Assembly: GCA_964016885.1 (NCBI GenBank)
Contig: OZ024759.1
Location: forward strand, 32,798,001-32,862,000
Length of the DNA: 64,000 bases
Source: Eledone cirrhosa
Lineage: Eukaryota
Reading direction: 5' to 3'
A model generated the notes under the pieces. The model worked only from the letters and a program-made list of their open reading frames with translations. It was not told the DNA's origin and ran no database searches. Of this stretch, positions 14,854-29,196 are shown piece by piece. The position numbers and the translations under genes are program-made. Position 1 is the stretch's first letter. Each line of letters begins with the position of its first letter.

Positions 14854-15007
14854 ATATATGTGTACGTGTGTGTACATATATACGGAAACATTTTGGTGGT
14901 GATAAAAAATAGTAGCAATCAGACAGACTTCCTGTGTAGGCATGAGGTTGGTTTCGAAAACGTGACAAGAGAAAACAAAACACGGTCACACACATATACA
15001 CAATATA

Positions 15008-15098
<91 letters not shown>

Positions 15099-15125
15099 TA
15101 TGTTTATATAAATAAATATATATAG

Positions 15126-15182
<57 letters not shown>

Positions 15183-15231
15183 TATATAAATAAATATATA
15201 TAGTTATATATATATATGTATGAGTGTCGGA

Positions 15232-15372
15232 AAAATGTTTTCCAGCATAGTGTTATGTCCCTTAAAAAAAGCTTTGCCTTTCCTCTTTACGGGGTCGATC
15301 AAATAAAGTACCAGTAACGCACTGGGGTCGATATAAACGACATAGTTGGCCTTGTGTCTCAAACAGAAATCA
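15232..15372 (+). mobile_element. SINE, internally deleted variant
   Basis: TTTGCCTTTCCTCTTTACGGGGTCGA..GTACCAG..CACTGGGGTCGAT. Confidence 0.75.
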
Positions 15373-15377
15373 TTATT

Positions 15378-15560
15378 ATGGATTGGCAATATCGGTAGAG
15401 TGTCGGACGCCATGCTTTCCAGCATAGTTACGTCCCTTTACGATCTGAGTTCAAATCCCGCCGTCGTTGACTTTGCCTTTCATCCTTACGGGGTCGATAA
15501 AATAAAGTACCAGTAATGCACTGAGTAATTGCTGGCCTTGTGCCTAAAGTAGAAACAATT
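15378..15560 (+). mobile_element. Near full-length tRNA-derived SINE (octopus-type)
   Basis: A-box-like TGGCAATATCGG, B-box GAGTTCAAATCC, central GCCTTTCATCCTTACGGGGTCGATAAAATAAAGTACCAG, tail AGAAACAATTA. Confidence 0.9.
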
Positions 15561-15671
15561 ACTATCATTTATTTCTATATTTCAATTCCATAATTTTTCC
15601 ATACAGTTTAAACTGTTTCACACAATTTAAACAGGTTTATAATATTTATATGAACTCCCTCTCTCTCTCCC

Positions 15672-15733
<62 letters not shown>

Positions 15734-15930
15734 TATATGTATACATACTCTTTCTGTCGCTTTAACATCAAACGTTTCCTTGCAATACAAAATTAACAAT
15801 AATATATTGGAATTTTTCCTCACCTCAGATTTTTTTCTTCTTGTTTAAGTCAACTTTAACATACATTACGTAACCAGTTCTTGTCCATTATATTTACCAA
15901 ATCTTTACAAATCTCGGAACATAACCTCTT

Positions 15931-16716
15931 TGTGATGTAGTGGTGGTGTGGTGATGTAGAGGCGGGGTGGTGATGTAGTGATGTAGTGGTGGGGTGGTGA
16001 TGTAGAGGCGGGGTGGTGATGTAGAGATGGTGTGGTGATGTAGAGGTGGTGTGGTGATGTAGTGGTGGTGTGGTGATGTAGTGATGTAGAGGTGGTGTGG
16101 TGATGTAGAGGCGGGGTGGTGATGTAGAGATGGTGTGGTGATGTAGAGGTGGTGTGGTGATGTAGTGGTGGTGTGGTGATGTAGTGATGTAGAGGTGGTG
16201 TGGTGATGTAGAGATGGTGTGGTGATGTAGAGGTGGTGTGGTGATGTAGTGGTGGTGTGGTGATGTAGTGATGTAGAGGTGGTGTGGTGATGTAGAGGCG
16301 GGGTGGTGATGTAGAGATGGTGTGGTGATGTAGAGGTGGTGTGGTGATGTAGTGGTGGTGTGGTGATGTAGTGATGTAGAGGTGGTGTGGTGATGTAGAG
16401 ATGGTGTGGTGATGTAGAGGTGGTGTGGTGATGTAGTGGTGGTGTGGTGATGTAGTGATGTAGAGGTGGTGTGGTGATGTAGAGATGGTGTGGTGATGTA
16501 GAGGTGGTGTGGTGATGTAGTGATGTAGAGGTGGTGTGGTGATGTAGAGGCGGGGTGGTGATGTAGTGATGTAGTGGTGGGGTGGTGATGTAGAGGTGGT
16601 GTGGTGATGTAGTGGTGGAGTGGTGATGTAGAGGTGGTATGGTGATGTAGAGGTGGTGTGGTGATGTAGTGGTGGAGTGGTGATGTAGAGGTGGTATGGT
16701 GATGTAGAGGTGGTGT
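15931..16716. repeat. G-rich composite satellite (GGTGTGGTGATGTAGA)n
   Basis: About 19-bp units with variants. Confidence 0.93.
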
Positions 16717-16852
16717 TAAACCCATTTGTTACGATTAGAAATATTACCTAGCAACATCCTTTCAATTAACCTCATCATAAACAACTTCGTATGAAAACTT
16801 CTCTAAACTAACGTTATTTAAAAAAATATATTAAAACAAAAATTAATCTTCT

Positions 16853-17010
16853 CGGCGGCGAATTGCCAGAGTCGTTAGAACCTCAGATAGAATACTTTAT
16901 GGTATTCCGGTTCTCTGTTCTCTGAGTTCAAATCTCGCCGTGATCAACTTTGTCTTTCATCCTTTAGAGGTCGATAAAAAAGTACCAGTCTAGTACTGGG
17001 GTCGATTTAA
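16853..17010 (+). mobile_element. Older or diverged SINE copy
   Basis: GGCGGCGAATTGCCAGAGTCGTTAGA..CTGAGTTCAAATCTCGCCG..CTTTCATCCTTTAGAGGTCGATAAA..GTACCAG. Confidence 0.8.
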
Positions 17011-17096
17011 ATTCACGGCATTACGATTGTGAACCGAATACCCTAACCACAAAGCTACGCGCCTTCACAACAGACACACACATTATATATATATAT

Positions 17097-17252
17097 GGAC
17101 GCCATGCTTTCTAGCATAGTTACGTCCCTTTACAGTCTGAGTTCAAATCCCGCCGAGGTTAACTTTGCCTTTCATCCTTACGAGGTCGATAAAATAAAGT
17201 ACCAGTAATGTACTGGGTAATTGCTGGCCTTGTGCCTAAAGTAGAAACAATT
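17097..17252 (+). mobile_element. SINE, 5'-truncated
   Basis: High identity to 15378-15560. Confidence 0.9.
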
Positions 17253-17514
17253 ATATATACATATATATTTAAAAAAAAAAAAATTATATCAGAAGATCCC
17301 GTTAAGGGTGAAAGCAGCGATTCTTTGCTTAAACTTTAATCTGTTATTTTAATAAATATTTGCTCTACGGTTCTTATATATTTGATATATATTTATCCTT
17401 ATCGAGCTCTCTTTGGATTTTAGTCTTCAAATTTATTATTATTGCTATATATATACATACACACATATATATATATATACATACACACACACACACATAT
17501 ATATATATATACAT

Positions 17515-17567
<53 letters not shown>

Positions 17568-17914
17568 AAGATTACTGGCTTTTAACTAAATCAAGAAAGA
17601 GTTATTAATTGTGTAGCCCACCCAGAGAATGTTACACGTAACTTCTATCTATCTTAAAACCAGTTCTTTACATAAAATAGTTTTCAAAATTTATTTTGAT
17701 TTAAATTTGAATTTTATGCAGATTTTTTTCTTTTATTTCATGTTGGAGTTTATTAAGAATTTAATTACAAAACTGAAAATTTATTCATTTATATATTTTT
17801 ATTTTCAATTTCCTTATCATCTTATTATCTTAACGATGACAGCGCCACCTACAACCCCACCTCGCCACGCCCCACCCCAATAAGAAAAACCTCACGCTAC
17901 GGTGATATAATCTC

Positions 17915-17973
<59 letters not shown>

Positions 17974-18567
17974 AATATATACATATATATACATACACAT
18001 ATATATACATATACATATACATATATATACATATACATACACACATATATATATATATCACGCCCATACTTTTTTCCGTGCCATCCTGTCTTTCAATAAA
18101 CATTTTGATGTAACAATATTTTTTTTATTAAACTCACTCCCATCCCACGACCACTCTTCTCGAACGGAGGTTTCGGCTTACCTGAAGTCGGTGGAATTTC
18201 TATAGAGGAATATTCACTACAAACACTACAAAGTGAAAAATCCTTTGGGACATGCAAGCTTTGGAGGACGTTATCGAAACTCCATCAGTTTTGCACGCAA
18301 GAATTCTGCAGGAGGTCCCCAATAAGGCGAGTAAAGAACTAGGCTATAATGCTAGTTATGAAAAACATCAAAGACAATTGAGTTTCTGGAAATTACTTGA
18401 TATTTGAAAGTAAAAAAATTGGATATTACGAGACAACACCATATTATACCAAGCCACACTACACCACCCCACACAATACCACACTACACTGCACCAAACC
18501 ATACTATACCACGTTACACTACACTGCACCAAACCACATTAATACACTACATTACTACACGACTACA

Positions 18568-18737
18568 CCACAAGGCCAGCAATTACCCCAATGCATTACT
18601 GGTACTTTATTTAATCGACCCCGTTAGAGTGAAAGGCAAAGTTAAACTCGGAGGGGTTTGAACTCAGACAGTAAAGGGGCGCAACTCTATGATGCAAAGC
18701 ATGGCGTCCGACCCTCCACCGAAACTGCCAATCCATG
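18568..18737 (-). mobile_element. SINE
   Basis: Reverse-complement match including the B-box (TTTGAACTC). Confidence 0.85.
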
Positions 18738-19105
18738 TGAATAAAGAACAAACACCAAGGTTCAATACATTTACATATTATTGTATTTCTCTCTCTGTAT
18801 ATATATATAGTTATATATACATACATAAATTCTTATATAATTAAACACACACACACACACACACACAAATACACACACACATAATTGTTTCAGTGTGGAG
18901 CTTCTTGGGTGTCAGGTGTTTTCTTGCAACTCGATACAGGAATATTTGCTAAAGATTCTTATCATGGCCTCCAGGATAGACAATTACCTTCTAAGTGAAG
19001 TTGTGCTGGAAATTAAAATGGAAATTTCCAGGAATTTGCTTTTACAGAAGTCTAATCCAATAAGAAACTAGAGATTTGGAGTTTGGAAAATTATCGTAAC
19101 CTTCA

Positions 19106-19290
19106 TACGAGGGTGGGCTGAAAAGTTCAGAAGCTGACTATGAAGGAGTGATGCTAGGGTGGTGAAATCTTACATGTAATAATTTCAATACTTCTTATTA
19201 ATAATAACTGCATTGCTTCTTTCTAGGGACTATGTGGAAAAATAAACCTTATTTGGTCATTCCATGAGAGTATCTTGGTCAGGCTATGAT
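19106..19290. mobile_element. mariner-like non-autonomous element remnant
   Basis: TA|CGAGGGTGGGCTGAAAAGTTCA..GCTGAC mariner-type left TIR; partial right TIR GTCAGGCTATGA at about 19278-19290. Confidence 0.55.
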
Positions 19291-19317
19291 GTGATTATGG
19301 TTATTTTCATTATTTCT

Positions 19318-19529
19318 TCGGTGGATTGGCAGAATCGGCAGAGGGTCGGACGCCATGCTTTGCAGCACAGAGTTACTGCCCTTGCTATTCTGAGTTCAAA
19401 TCCTGCCGAGGTTAACTTTGCCTTTCATCTTTACAGGGTCGATAAAATAAAGTACCAGTCACGCACTGGGGTCGATTTAATCTACTTCCCCCTTCCCCCA
19501 AATTACTGGCCTTGTGCTTATAGTAGAAA

Positions 19530-19569
<40 letters not shown>

Positions 19570-19570
19570 A
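19318..19570 (+). mobile_element. SINE, long variant with (ATT)n tail
   Basis: A-box TGGCAGAATCGG, B-box GAGTTCAAATCC, central domain, extra CACTGGGGTCGAT segment. Confidence 0.88.
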
Positions 19571-19887
19571 GAATAGAAACCATTAGCATCCTCATCATCT
19601 TCAGCATTGTTGTTGTAGTTGATGATGATGGAGATGATGAAGTTGTCGGTTCTGATGATGTTATTTATTCTTGATGTTCAACAATATACAACAAAATTAT
19701 ATATATAAATATATTATGTGCGTGTGTGTGTATATATATATAATATATATTTACTGTATATATATACATTCATACATATATATATATATATAACTGCTAT
19801 TTATTTTTTGTTATAATACAACTGTGCGGTTTGTTTGGACATTAGTATAAAGAAGTTATAGTATATTATTTTATTATGCATACATAC

Positions 19888-19941
<54 letters not shown>

Positions 19942-20456
19942 CTAAACATATACATATAAGATGTATATGTCATACATTAATACATATATAGCATAATATA
20001 TATACACATATATATAAATATGTAATATATATATATATATTACATATATATATATATATATATATAATATACTGTTAGACTTTCAAACAGACACCCACCC
20101 AGACGAACACACACACACTCACCAACAAACACACATAACTATATAGACATATGTATACACACACATACACACACACTGACCGTCCTTTCCCCGCCCCATA
20201 CAAATAAAAGTTCTTTGAATCAAAACAAGATTATAAATTTATAAATTGACAGTAGAACGTAGAACAGACACAGAAATATTAGTAATGGCCGCTTTCATAG
20301 ACGCTCACAAATCTCAGTTAAAACGCTAAGAATTAAATGTCACTTTTAGCAACGTCTGTTACCATAAAGTTGTTCTTGAATTTCAAAGGTTTTTCCACCA
20401 CCGTCTTCTACTATTTTCAGGAACACACTATTATACACACACACACATACGCACAT

Positions 20457-20523
<67 letters not shown>

Positions 20524-20842
20524 ATGTATATATTTATATATATATAATGTATTTATATATATATATATAATGTACAGTATTTATATATATAATGTACAAC
20601 ATTTATATATATATATAATGTATATATTTATATATATATATATATGTATATATTTATATATATATATGTATATATTTATATATATATAATGTATATATTT
20701 ATATATATATAATGTATATATTTATATATATATAATGTATATATTTATATATATATAATGTATATATTTATATATATATATAATGTATTTATATATATAT
20801 ATAATGTATTTATATATATATATAATGTATTTATATATATAT

Positions 20843-20878
<36 letters not shown>

Positions 20879-20895
20879 TATATATATATATTTAA

Positions 20896-20950
20896 CAAAG
20901 AAAGTGGGGTAAGAAACTAGGTGGATCATAACGCACCAGAGTACTCAATA
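20896..20950 (-). mobile_element. Short PLE-type 3' terminus
   Basis: GTGGATCATAACGCACCAGAGTACTCAATA matches the terminus at 32345-32400; embedded in (TA)n. Confidence 0.7.
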
Positions 20951-21029
20951 TATTTCATATATATATATATATATCTTTCAATCTACTCTCTCACAACCAC
21001 CATCTCTTTCTCTCTATCTTTCTCTCTCT

Positions 21030-21230
21030 ATTTACGAAGGTACCCGGAAAAATCCCGTATCTCGGAAACCCGTCCTCCTATTTACGTGAAACTTCCTTTA
21101 TTCCATTTGTATTCCCATTTCAGGGACAACTTCATACTTCAATGAAAGTATTCTCCCATTATGCGCCGTTTTGGCTGTATTAAATAACAGACAAACGCAC
21201 AATGACAGAATTTTAGTAGTATATAGGTAT
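21030..21230 (-). mobile_element. Possible degenerate non-autonomous Helitron
   Basis: Minus strand starts CCTATATACTACTAAAA..GTTTGTCTGT and ends near CGGGATTTTTCCGGGTAC; architecture resembles 50904-51201 but the termini are decayed. Confidence 0.3.
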
Positions 21231-21498
21231 ATAGCAAGATACAATTTGATTTTGCAATGGTTGTAAATGCGCTGTTAATATTTTAACAACATGGACAGTC
21301 TGGAGCAATAGAAACCGTGAACACTTCAGTGAAATATTATTCTGGCAGGGATTTTGTCCGAACTCTACACGTTGTCTATGTCTTTTGTTAAAACCTTTTT
21401 CAACATCGAATTAATTGCCACTCTGGTAAGACGGACGAAGTGATATCAACTCGTGTTGCTTTCCTGGAAATATAACATCAATAAATTCCTAATTTATT

Positions 21499-21530
<32 letters not shown>

Positions 21531-21919
21531 CACATATATACACAAACATACATACACCACAAATACACAACCCATCCTAAAACTATATATATATATATAT
21601 ATATACATTTTTCGGATGCGAATAAAAATATAAAAAATTCTGGGTGGTGAAAATCTATCAAGTGAAATATATGATTTGTTCAACGTCAAACACATAGATT
21701 TTTCTTTTTCTATCTAGAAGCGTTTTTTAATATCCACCATTGATGTGTTCTGGCAATACCAGTGAGTGGTCAAACTTTATTATAACCCAATATTCTGTGA
21801 TAACACAAACGCCACCCATTCTATTTTTATTCAATGAACTATCAACTGTGAAAAGTAAAGATTTGTTGTGAGAGATTATAAAATGCTTTTTGAACTGTTT
21901 TGGAGAAATAAATAAATAA

Positions 21920-22036
<117 letters not shown>

Positions 22037-22224
22037 AGTAAACTACGTCTCTCTCTCTATATATAAATATATATAAAACATATTCTTATCTATCTGTATA
22101 TGTGTAGATATATCTTTATGTTCTCTTTTACTTGTTCCAGCCGACTGGCCATGCTGGGGCACTAAATTAATGCGTACATATATACATAAAAACATATGTA
22201 TGCATATACAAAAACATACGTACG

Positions 22225-22256
<32 letters not shown>

Positions 22257-22718
22257 TACTTATATGCATACATACATATATACATACACAAATACCTACC
22301 TACATATATACATACCTAAATACCTACCTACATACATACCTACCTAAATACTTACATACACCCCCTCCCCCCCACCCACACACACACATTTTGTAGTATT
22401 AGTAAGTTTGTTCCTGGTTTCAGCTTTGGCAGTGAAGTGCTATCGCTATAAATATTGATAGAAAGCAAAATTTTAATAGCTCTTCTTTATTGTCACTTTA
22501 CATTTACACGTTTTCCTTTATTTTCGGCACTTATATGGGCTTTTAATGTCTGGATCAGAACCTATCACGTGATTACGAATAATAAAAATGGCGGCCTATT
22601 TTGATATCCATTATCTCATAAACTCTAGATTATCAATCAAACTGTCGGCCTGACTGTCTGTCAATGTATGTATTCCTCTATCTATCTGTGTATCTATCTA
22701 TATAACAAACTATCTATA

Positions 22719-22797
<79 letters not shown>

Positions 22798-22909
22798 ACC
22801 TGTTTGTATATAGCGATGATGTATTACTGAGGCCATATGCTCCTGGTTGATTCTTGGTGTTACTATTCCTTAACTTTTTGTGTTCGCGGTGCTAGTGGTG
22901 GCATTGATG

Positions 22910-23171
22910 GTGGAGAGAGGGAGAGATGGAGAAGGAGAGAGGCAGAGAGAGAGAGAAGAGAAAGGGAGAGAGAGAAATAGAAAGAGAGAGAGAAAAGGAG
23001 AGAGACAGAGATAGAGCGAGAGACAGAGAGCCATAGATAAAGATAGAGCGAGGGGTAGAGAGAGAGAGAGAGAGGGAGAAGGAGAGAGAGAAGGAGAGGG
23101 AGAGAGAGGGAGAAGGAGAGAGAGGAGAGGGAGATAGATAGATATATAGATAGAGAGATAGATATATAGAT

Positions 23172-23216
<45 letters not shown>

Positions 23217-23390
23217 AGGTGAGAAACAGAGATAGAGCGAGAGACAGAGATAGAGCGAGAGGTAGAGAGAGACAGAGATATAACGAGAGACAGAGATAGA
23301 ATGAGAGACAGAGATGGAGGGAGAAAGAACGAGAGGTAGAGATAGGCGAGATAGAACGAGAGGTAGAGAGAGAACGAGATAAAGAAGAGA
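22910..23390. repeat. (GA)n / (GATA)n purine-rich tract
   Basis: Direct reading. Confidence 0.9.
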
Positions 23391-23982
23391 ATGTTATTTT
23401 TTCATCTATACAAAACGTTGATTGTAACAATTAAAAATCCATAGATTAGAAACAGTGACATATCTTTTTGCTAATTACAGGTAAACATGGATTCCTGACA
23501 TTTTCCTAAATAACTCCTTAATTGACAGAAGCGGATAATCAAACCTTTCTTTAGAAACATCTCTGATAGGGAACATTCAGCTAATTAGCAATACTTCTTC
23601 TTAATGAGTAATTAAAATCATTGTCAAGATATTTCTTTTCTTAAATATTTTATCTTATTTTTATCCTCCACATCTTTTTTTTAGTGGTTCCTTTATTTAT
23701 TTATTTTTTGGCTTGAATTATATTGTTTTCAATTTAGCGTTAAACTATTATCGTACCTTTTTTTAAAAATTTTATACGTTTTCTATGTAAACCCACATTG
23801 TATCGGCCAGTACAGTGTTCGATCTTCATGTAAAACTTTGTGGTTAATAACAAAATCATAATCATCATTATTATCATTGTTATCATCATCACAACCATCA
23901 TTAGCATCAACATCACACTCTTCCTCCTCCACCACCACCTCCCCATTATAGTCATCATTATCATCATCATTATTATTATTGT

Positions 23983-24180
23983 ACTGGCAGAGTCGTTAGA
24001 GCGTCGGGCAACATGCTTTGCAGCATAGAGCTTATAGCCCTTTACGTTCTGAGTTCAAATCCCGCTGAGGTTAACTTTGTCTTTCATCCTTAAGTACCAG
24101 TAATGTACTGAGGTCGATTCAATCGACTTTCTCCCTTCCCTTAAAATTGCTAGTCTTGTGCCTAAAGCAGAAAAAATTAT
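23983..24180 (+). mobile_element. SINE, long variant with internal deletion
   Basis: CTGGCAGAGTCGTTAGA..GAGTTCAAATCCCGC..CTTTCATCCTT..GTACCAG. Confidence 0.8.
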
Positions 24181-24185
24181 AATTA

Positions 24186-24350
24186 TTATTGTTTCTTCGC
24201 TCAGGTTCTAACCCTGGAGATACCTCAGTTCACTACCAGCGAACTGGGGTAACACCCCTTATATTTCAAGTACCCTCCGGAGTATTCGAGCTGTTCCAAG
24301 CAATGCTGTATCTTGTAAGTGTTCCATCTGTATTGCAATCCCTATGGTGT
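24186..24350 (-). mobile_element. 3' end of an R4/Dong-like RLE non-LTR retrotransposon
   Basis: Minus strand TIGIAIQMEHLQDTALLGTARILRRVLEI* (stop at 24259-24261), matching the R4-clade C-terminal Q..ALLGTARILR.VL motif; short 3'UTR and AAT tail. Confidence 0.7.
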
Positions 24351-24613
24351 TGTTGTGCTGGTGTATTTTTCTGTTACGTTTTTATTGTTGCTGTTTTTGT
24401 TTTGTTTTGGTTATTTCTCGTTCTTACACGTTTCCATAAAAGCCTTATTGTACCGTATTATAAAGGCCTTAATCGGCTTTTTGGGAACCCTTTGTGCTTT
24501 ATAAAGTAAATCGTTTTTATTATTATTATTATTATCATTATTATTATATACAATCATATATATGCATATACAGAAACATAAATACTTAAAAACACACGCA
24601 CATACATATATAC

Positions 24614-24665
<52 letters not shown>

Positions 24666-24823
24666 TTGTATATATATATAAATATATATACATGTGTATA
24701 TTATATATATATATTATATATATATATATGTATGTATGTATATAAATATATATACATGTGTATATATATATATATATATAGGTATGTATGTATATAAATA
24801 TATATACATGTGTATATATATAT

Positions 24824-24874
<51 letters not shown>

Positions 24875-24936
24875 TAATATATGTATATAAATATATATAC
24901 ATGTGTATATATATATATATTTATATACATACATAC

Positions 24937-24969
<33 letters not shown>

Positions 24970-25011
24970 ATGTATATATATATATACATGTATATATATA
25001 TATATATATAC

Positions 25012-25067
<56 letters not shown>

Positions 25068-25114
25068 GTATATATATATATATTTATATTTATATATATA
25101 TATATACATGTATG

Positions 25115-25148
<34 letters not shown>

Positions 25149-26042
25149 TTCACAAGTGTGTGTATGTTAGATTACCAGCACAATCTATCAATCTATCTAT
25201 CTATCTCCATCCTTCTCTCTCCCTCTATCTACCTATCAATCTATCTATCTATCTCTATCTCCATTGCCCCCTGTATCTACCTACCTACCTATCATTCTAT
25301 CTATCTCTCTACCAATTTACCTGCATGTCTCTCTAACCTAAAACATATTCTCCCCTGACCAGCCTAATAAACTGTTCGTTGGTTCGTGCAGCTATCCACC
25401 AACCCCCATTACGATGTAATGATATTTTCTCAATAGATGACATCAGCCCTTCTTTTATAATCGGAAAATTCTCTTACCGAGAAAGGACAATCAATTCTCT
25501 AGTCTCGGTGAATTATACCGAATTTCAGGTTTTTCAATTTACTATGAAGTTCGCCAGATGTTGCTTAATACGTTGAAAGAACGGACAATTTTGCGACTCT
25601 TAAGCAGATTCCATCTTGCCTTAAATACATTTTGCAATACCGCAACGCAAATAAAAGGAAATAAAAACACATCATTTCCGCCATTTTGTCAATTTATTTC
25701 ATTCCAATCGACGTTCGTTTCACGCTAAAGAATAAATAAACCTTTACAGGTTGTAGGCCCATTATATCTAAAGTGAGTTTATTCATCGTTATAGCGTGTA
25801 ACTATGTATGTATGTATGTATGTATGTATGTATGTATGTATGCATGTATGTATGTATGTATGTATGTATGTATGTATGTATGTATGTATTTATGTATGAA
25901 TGTATGTATATGTGTATGTCTGTATATATGTATGCATCTATATATGTATGATTGTATTTATGTAAATATGTATATATGTAAGTATATGTATATACCAGCG
26001 TCCGTTCCCACTCAATTGCTCTCACTGTCTCTATCTTTCCGT

Positions 26043-26136
<94 letters not shown>

Positions 26137-26306
26137 ATATATATATATGTTGATTTAAAACTGCACTATTCACAAGTGTGTTTTAACCTTCATATCATGT
26201 CTCCCTATTTTATCTGACGAAAACGCAAATGTTATTGCATGATGATATTTGTTTTTGAAATGCGCATAATAAAATACATGGAACTCTTTTAACCATCTTT
26301 TGATCT

Positions 26307-26386
<80 letters not shown>

Positions 26387-26465
26387 ATCTGTCTATCTTA
26401 AACTTTCATACATTGGCCAGCCAAACAATTTAAGCTTGACAATCGTGCATCTTGTCCTATAATAC

Positions 26466-26868
26466 TTGTTTCTACTTTTGGCACAAGGCCAGCAAATACC
26501 CGGTGCATTATTGGTACTTTATTTTATCGACCCCCGTAAAGATGAAAGGCATAGGCTCAAGAATAATAATACGCGGAGGAGAGAAAGTCGACTAAATCAA
26601 CCCCAGTACATGACTGGTAAGACGTTTTATCGACCTCGGAGTGATGAAAAGCAAAAACAAAACTTCGACGGTATTTGAACTCATCTCCTAAAATAATAAT
26701 TTGCACAAGGCCAGCAAATACCCAGTGCATTACTGGTACTTTATTTTATCGACCCCGTAAGGATGAGGCAAAGTTAACCTCGGCGGGATTTGAACTCAGA
26801 ATGGCAAGGGCCGTAACTCTATGTGTCAAAGCATGGCGTCCGACTCTCTACCGATACTGCCAATCCAC
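26466..26868 (-). mobile_element. Cluster of three SINE copies or fragments
   Basis: 26466-26550 tail; 26575-26680 diverged copy; 26700-26868 near-complete copy. Confidence 0.82.
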
Positions 26869-27004
26869 GATCCTAGAATAATAATAATAACAATATATAT
26901 ATATATTTTTTATGCGTTTGGGGCGTTCACATTTTGAAATTATAAAGTTTATACACACCCCACACAAACAAACACACACATAAACATCTCTCTCTCTCTC
27001 TCTC

Positions 27005-27064
<60 letters not shown>

Positions 27065-27065
27065 A

Positions 27066-27104
<39 letters not shown>

Positions 27105-27129
27105 CAACTATATCTATCTATATATACAT

Positions 27130-27400
27130 ATAACCAAAGATTAATATGGTTCATTGATTACTCAATGAATACAGTTTTACAATAGATTAAAAGCACTCAT
27201 CAGTAAAAAGTTTTACTGGAGTTATTAATATTATTCAAAATATTAACAAATGAAGATATTCACATAATCAAAATATATACTTTATTATATATATTCCGAA
27301 GGTACTGTGCTGTTTTTTTCAGTAAGTCCTCTTCAGATAAAATACATGATTTGATATAGGACATACCTCTACGGTCTTGATAGTTCAATTCCAGTATTGG
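27130..27400 (-). mobile_element. PLE-type terminal element with two hammerhead-like cores
   Basis: Minus strand TTAT-CTGAAGA-GGACTTACTG..CAGTACCTTC-GGAATAT-ATAA (27284-27341) and a second CTGATGA-GTGCTTTT (~27203). Related to 48360-48530 and 61790-61950. Confidence 0.55.
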
Positions 27401-27763
27401 CAATATATATATACATATATTTATTTATACAAATGCACACACACACACATACATATATATATATATGTAGACACATGTATACATATATATATATGATACA
27501 TCTCTGTAATATCCAGTATATTCTCCTCCCCTCTCTCCATTATTTCGAACTAACCAGCTACCAATATCTTCTTTATATTATTCCTGGCAAACCGCACTCT
27601 TACCAATCATCTACCAAACAATAATCTCCTATAATAAACACATCTTCCTCGCTATTCATCCCATTCGCTTCTATATTTATCTCCCACATGTAAAAATATA
27701 CAAATGGCCTCGGTTTTCTTATCATTCTATATATTCTCTCCCCTTCACCCTCTCTCTCTTTCT

Positions 27764-27810
<47 letters not shown>

Positions 27811-28087
27811 CTAACACACATGTATAGATTTACACATATACATATATATATACATACATATATATATACATATATATACATAAATATATCCATATAAACA
27901 TATATATATATGTATACATGTATATATATATCCACACACATACATATATACGAAATAAAAAACGGGACACCCAAATAAAAAACGGACCCCCCCATAAAAA
28001 AACGAGGCACCCAAATAAAAAAACGGGCACCCAAATAAAAAACGGTGTACGACTCTCTACCGATACTGCCAAATAATATAATATTAG

Positions 28088-28277
28088 GGGCGGTGGATTG
28101 GCAGTATCGGTAGAGGGTCGGACGCCATGCTTTCCACCATAGTTACGTCCCTTTACGATCTGAGTTCAAATCCCGCCGAGGTTGACTTTGCCTTTCATCC
28201 TTACGGGGTCGATATAAAAAAGTACCAGTAATGCACTGGTTGATTGCTGGCCTTGTGCCTAAAGTAGAAACAATTAT
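28088..28277 (+). mobile_element. Full-length SINE
   Basis: GGCGGTGGATTGGCAGTATCGG..GAGTTCAAATCCCGCCGAGG..AGAAACAATT. Confidence 0.92.
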
Positions 28278-29030
28278 ATTATAATATAATATAATATAAT
28301 ATAATATAATATAATATAATATAATATTATATTATAATATATTATATTATATTATATTATATTATATTAAATTATATTATATTATATTATATTATAATAT
28401 AATATAATATAATATTATAATATAATATAATATAATATTATATTATATTATAATATAATATAATATTATATTATATTATAATATAATATAATATCATATA
28501 ATATAATGTTATATTATATTATAATATAATATTATATTATATTATATTATATTATAATATATTACAATATAATATAATATAATATTATATTATATTATAA
28601 TATATTATAATATAATATTATATTATAATATTATATTATAATATTATATTATAATATATTATAATATAATAATATAATATTATATTATAATATTATATTA
28701 TAATATATTATAATATAATATTATATTATAATATAATATAATATAATATATTATAATATAATATAATATAATATAATATTATATTATATTATAATATAAT
28801 TGTTTCTACTATTGGCATAAGGCCAGCAATAACCAGTACATTACTGGTACTTTATTTTATCGACCCCGTAAGGATGAAATATATTATAATATAATATAAT
28901 ATAATATAATATAATATAATATAATATAATATTATATTATATTATATTATATTATATTATATTATATTCTAATATAATATAATATAATATAATATAATAT
29001 AATATAATATAATATAATATAATATAATAT
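28275..29030. repeat. (ATATA/TATTA)n pentanucleotide satellite interrupted by a SINE tail (28798-28878, minus)
   Basis: Direct reading. Confidence 0.92.
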
Positions 29031-29196
29031 AATTGTTTCTATTTTAGGCTCAAGGCCAGCAATTACCCAGTACATTACTGGTACTTTATTTTATCGACCC
29101 CGTAAGGATGAAAGGCAAAGTTAACCTCGGCGGGATTTGAACTCAGATCATAAAGGGACGTAACTCTATGCTTCAAAGCATGACTCTCTACCGATA
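29031..29196 (-). mobile_element. SINE
   Basis: Reverse-complement match; a plus-strand fragment follows at 29198-29243. Confidence 0.9.

Noticed and set aside
18150-18400. Possible LINE peptide (GGFGLP) or host exon
   Set aside because: Only one short motif, with no sustained homology that I can recognise.
26210-26250. CTGACGA box, and CTGATGA at 50336-50342 (minus)
   Set aside because: No convincing stem II plus GAAA arrangement; possibly decayed PLE ends but unsupported.
28088-28185. tRNA gene (A and B boxes)
   Set aside because: No cloverleaf, and it is always followed by the SINE body and tail; the same applies to 52946 and the decayed head at 39008-39085.
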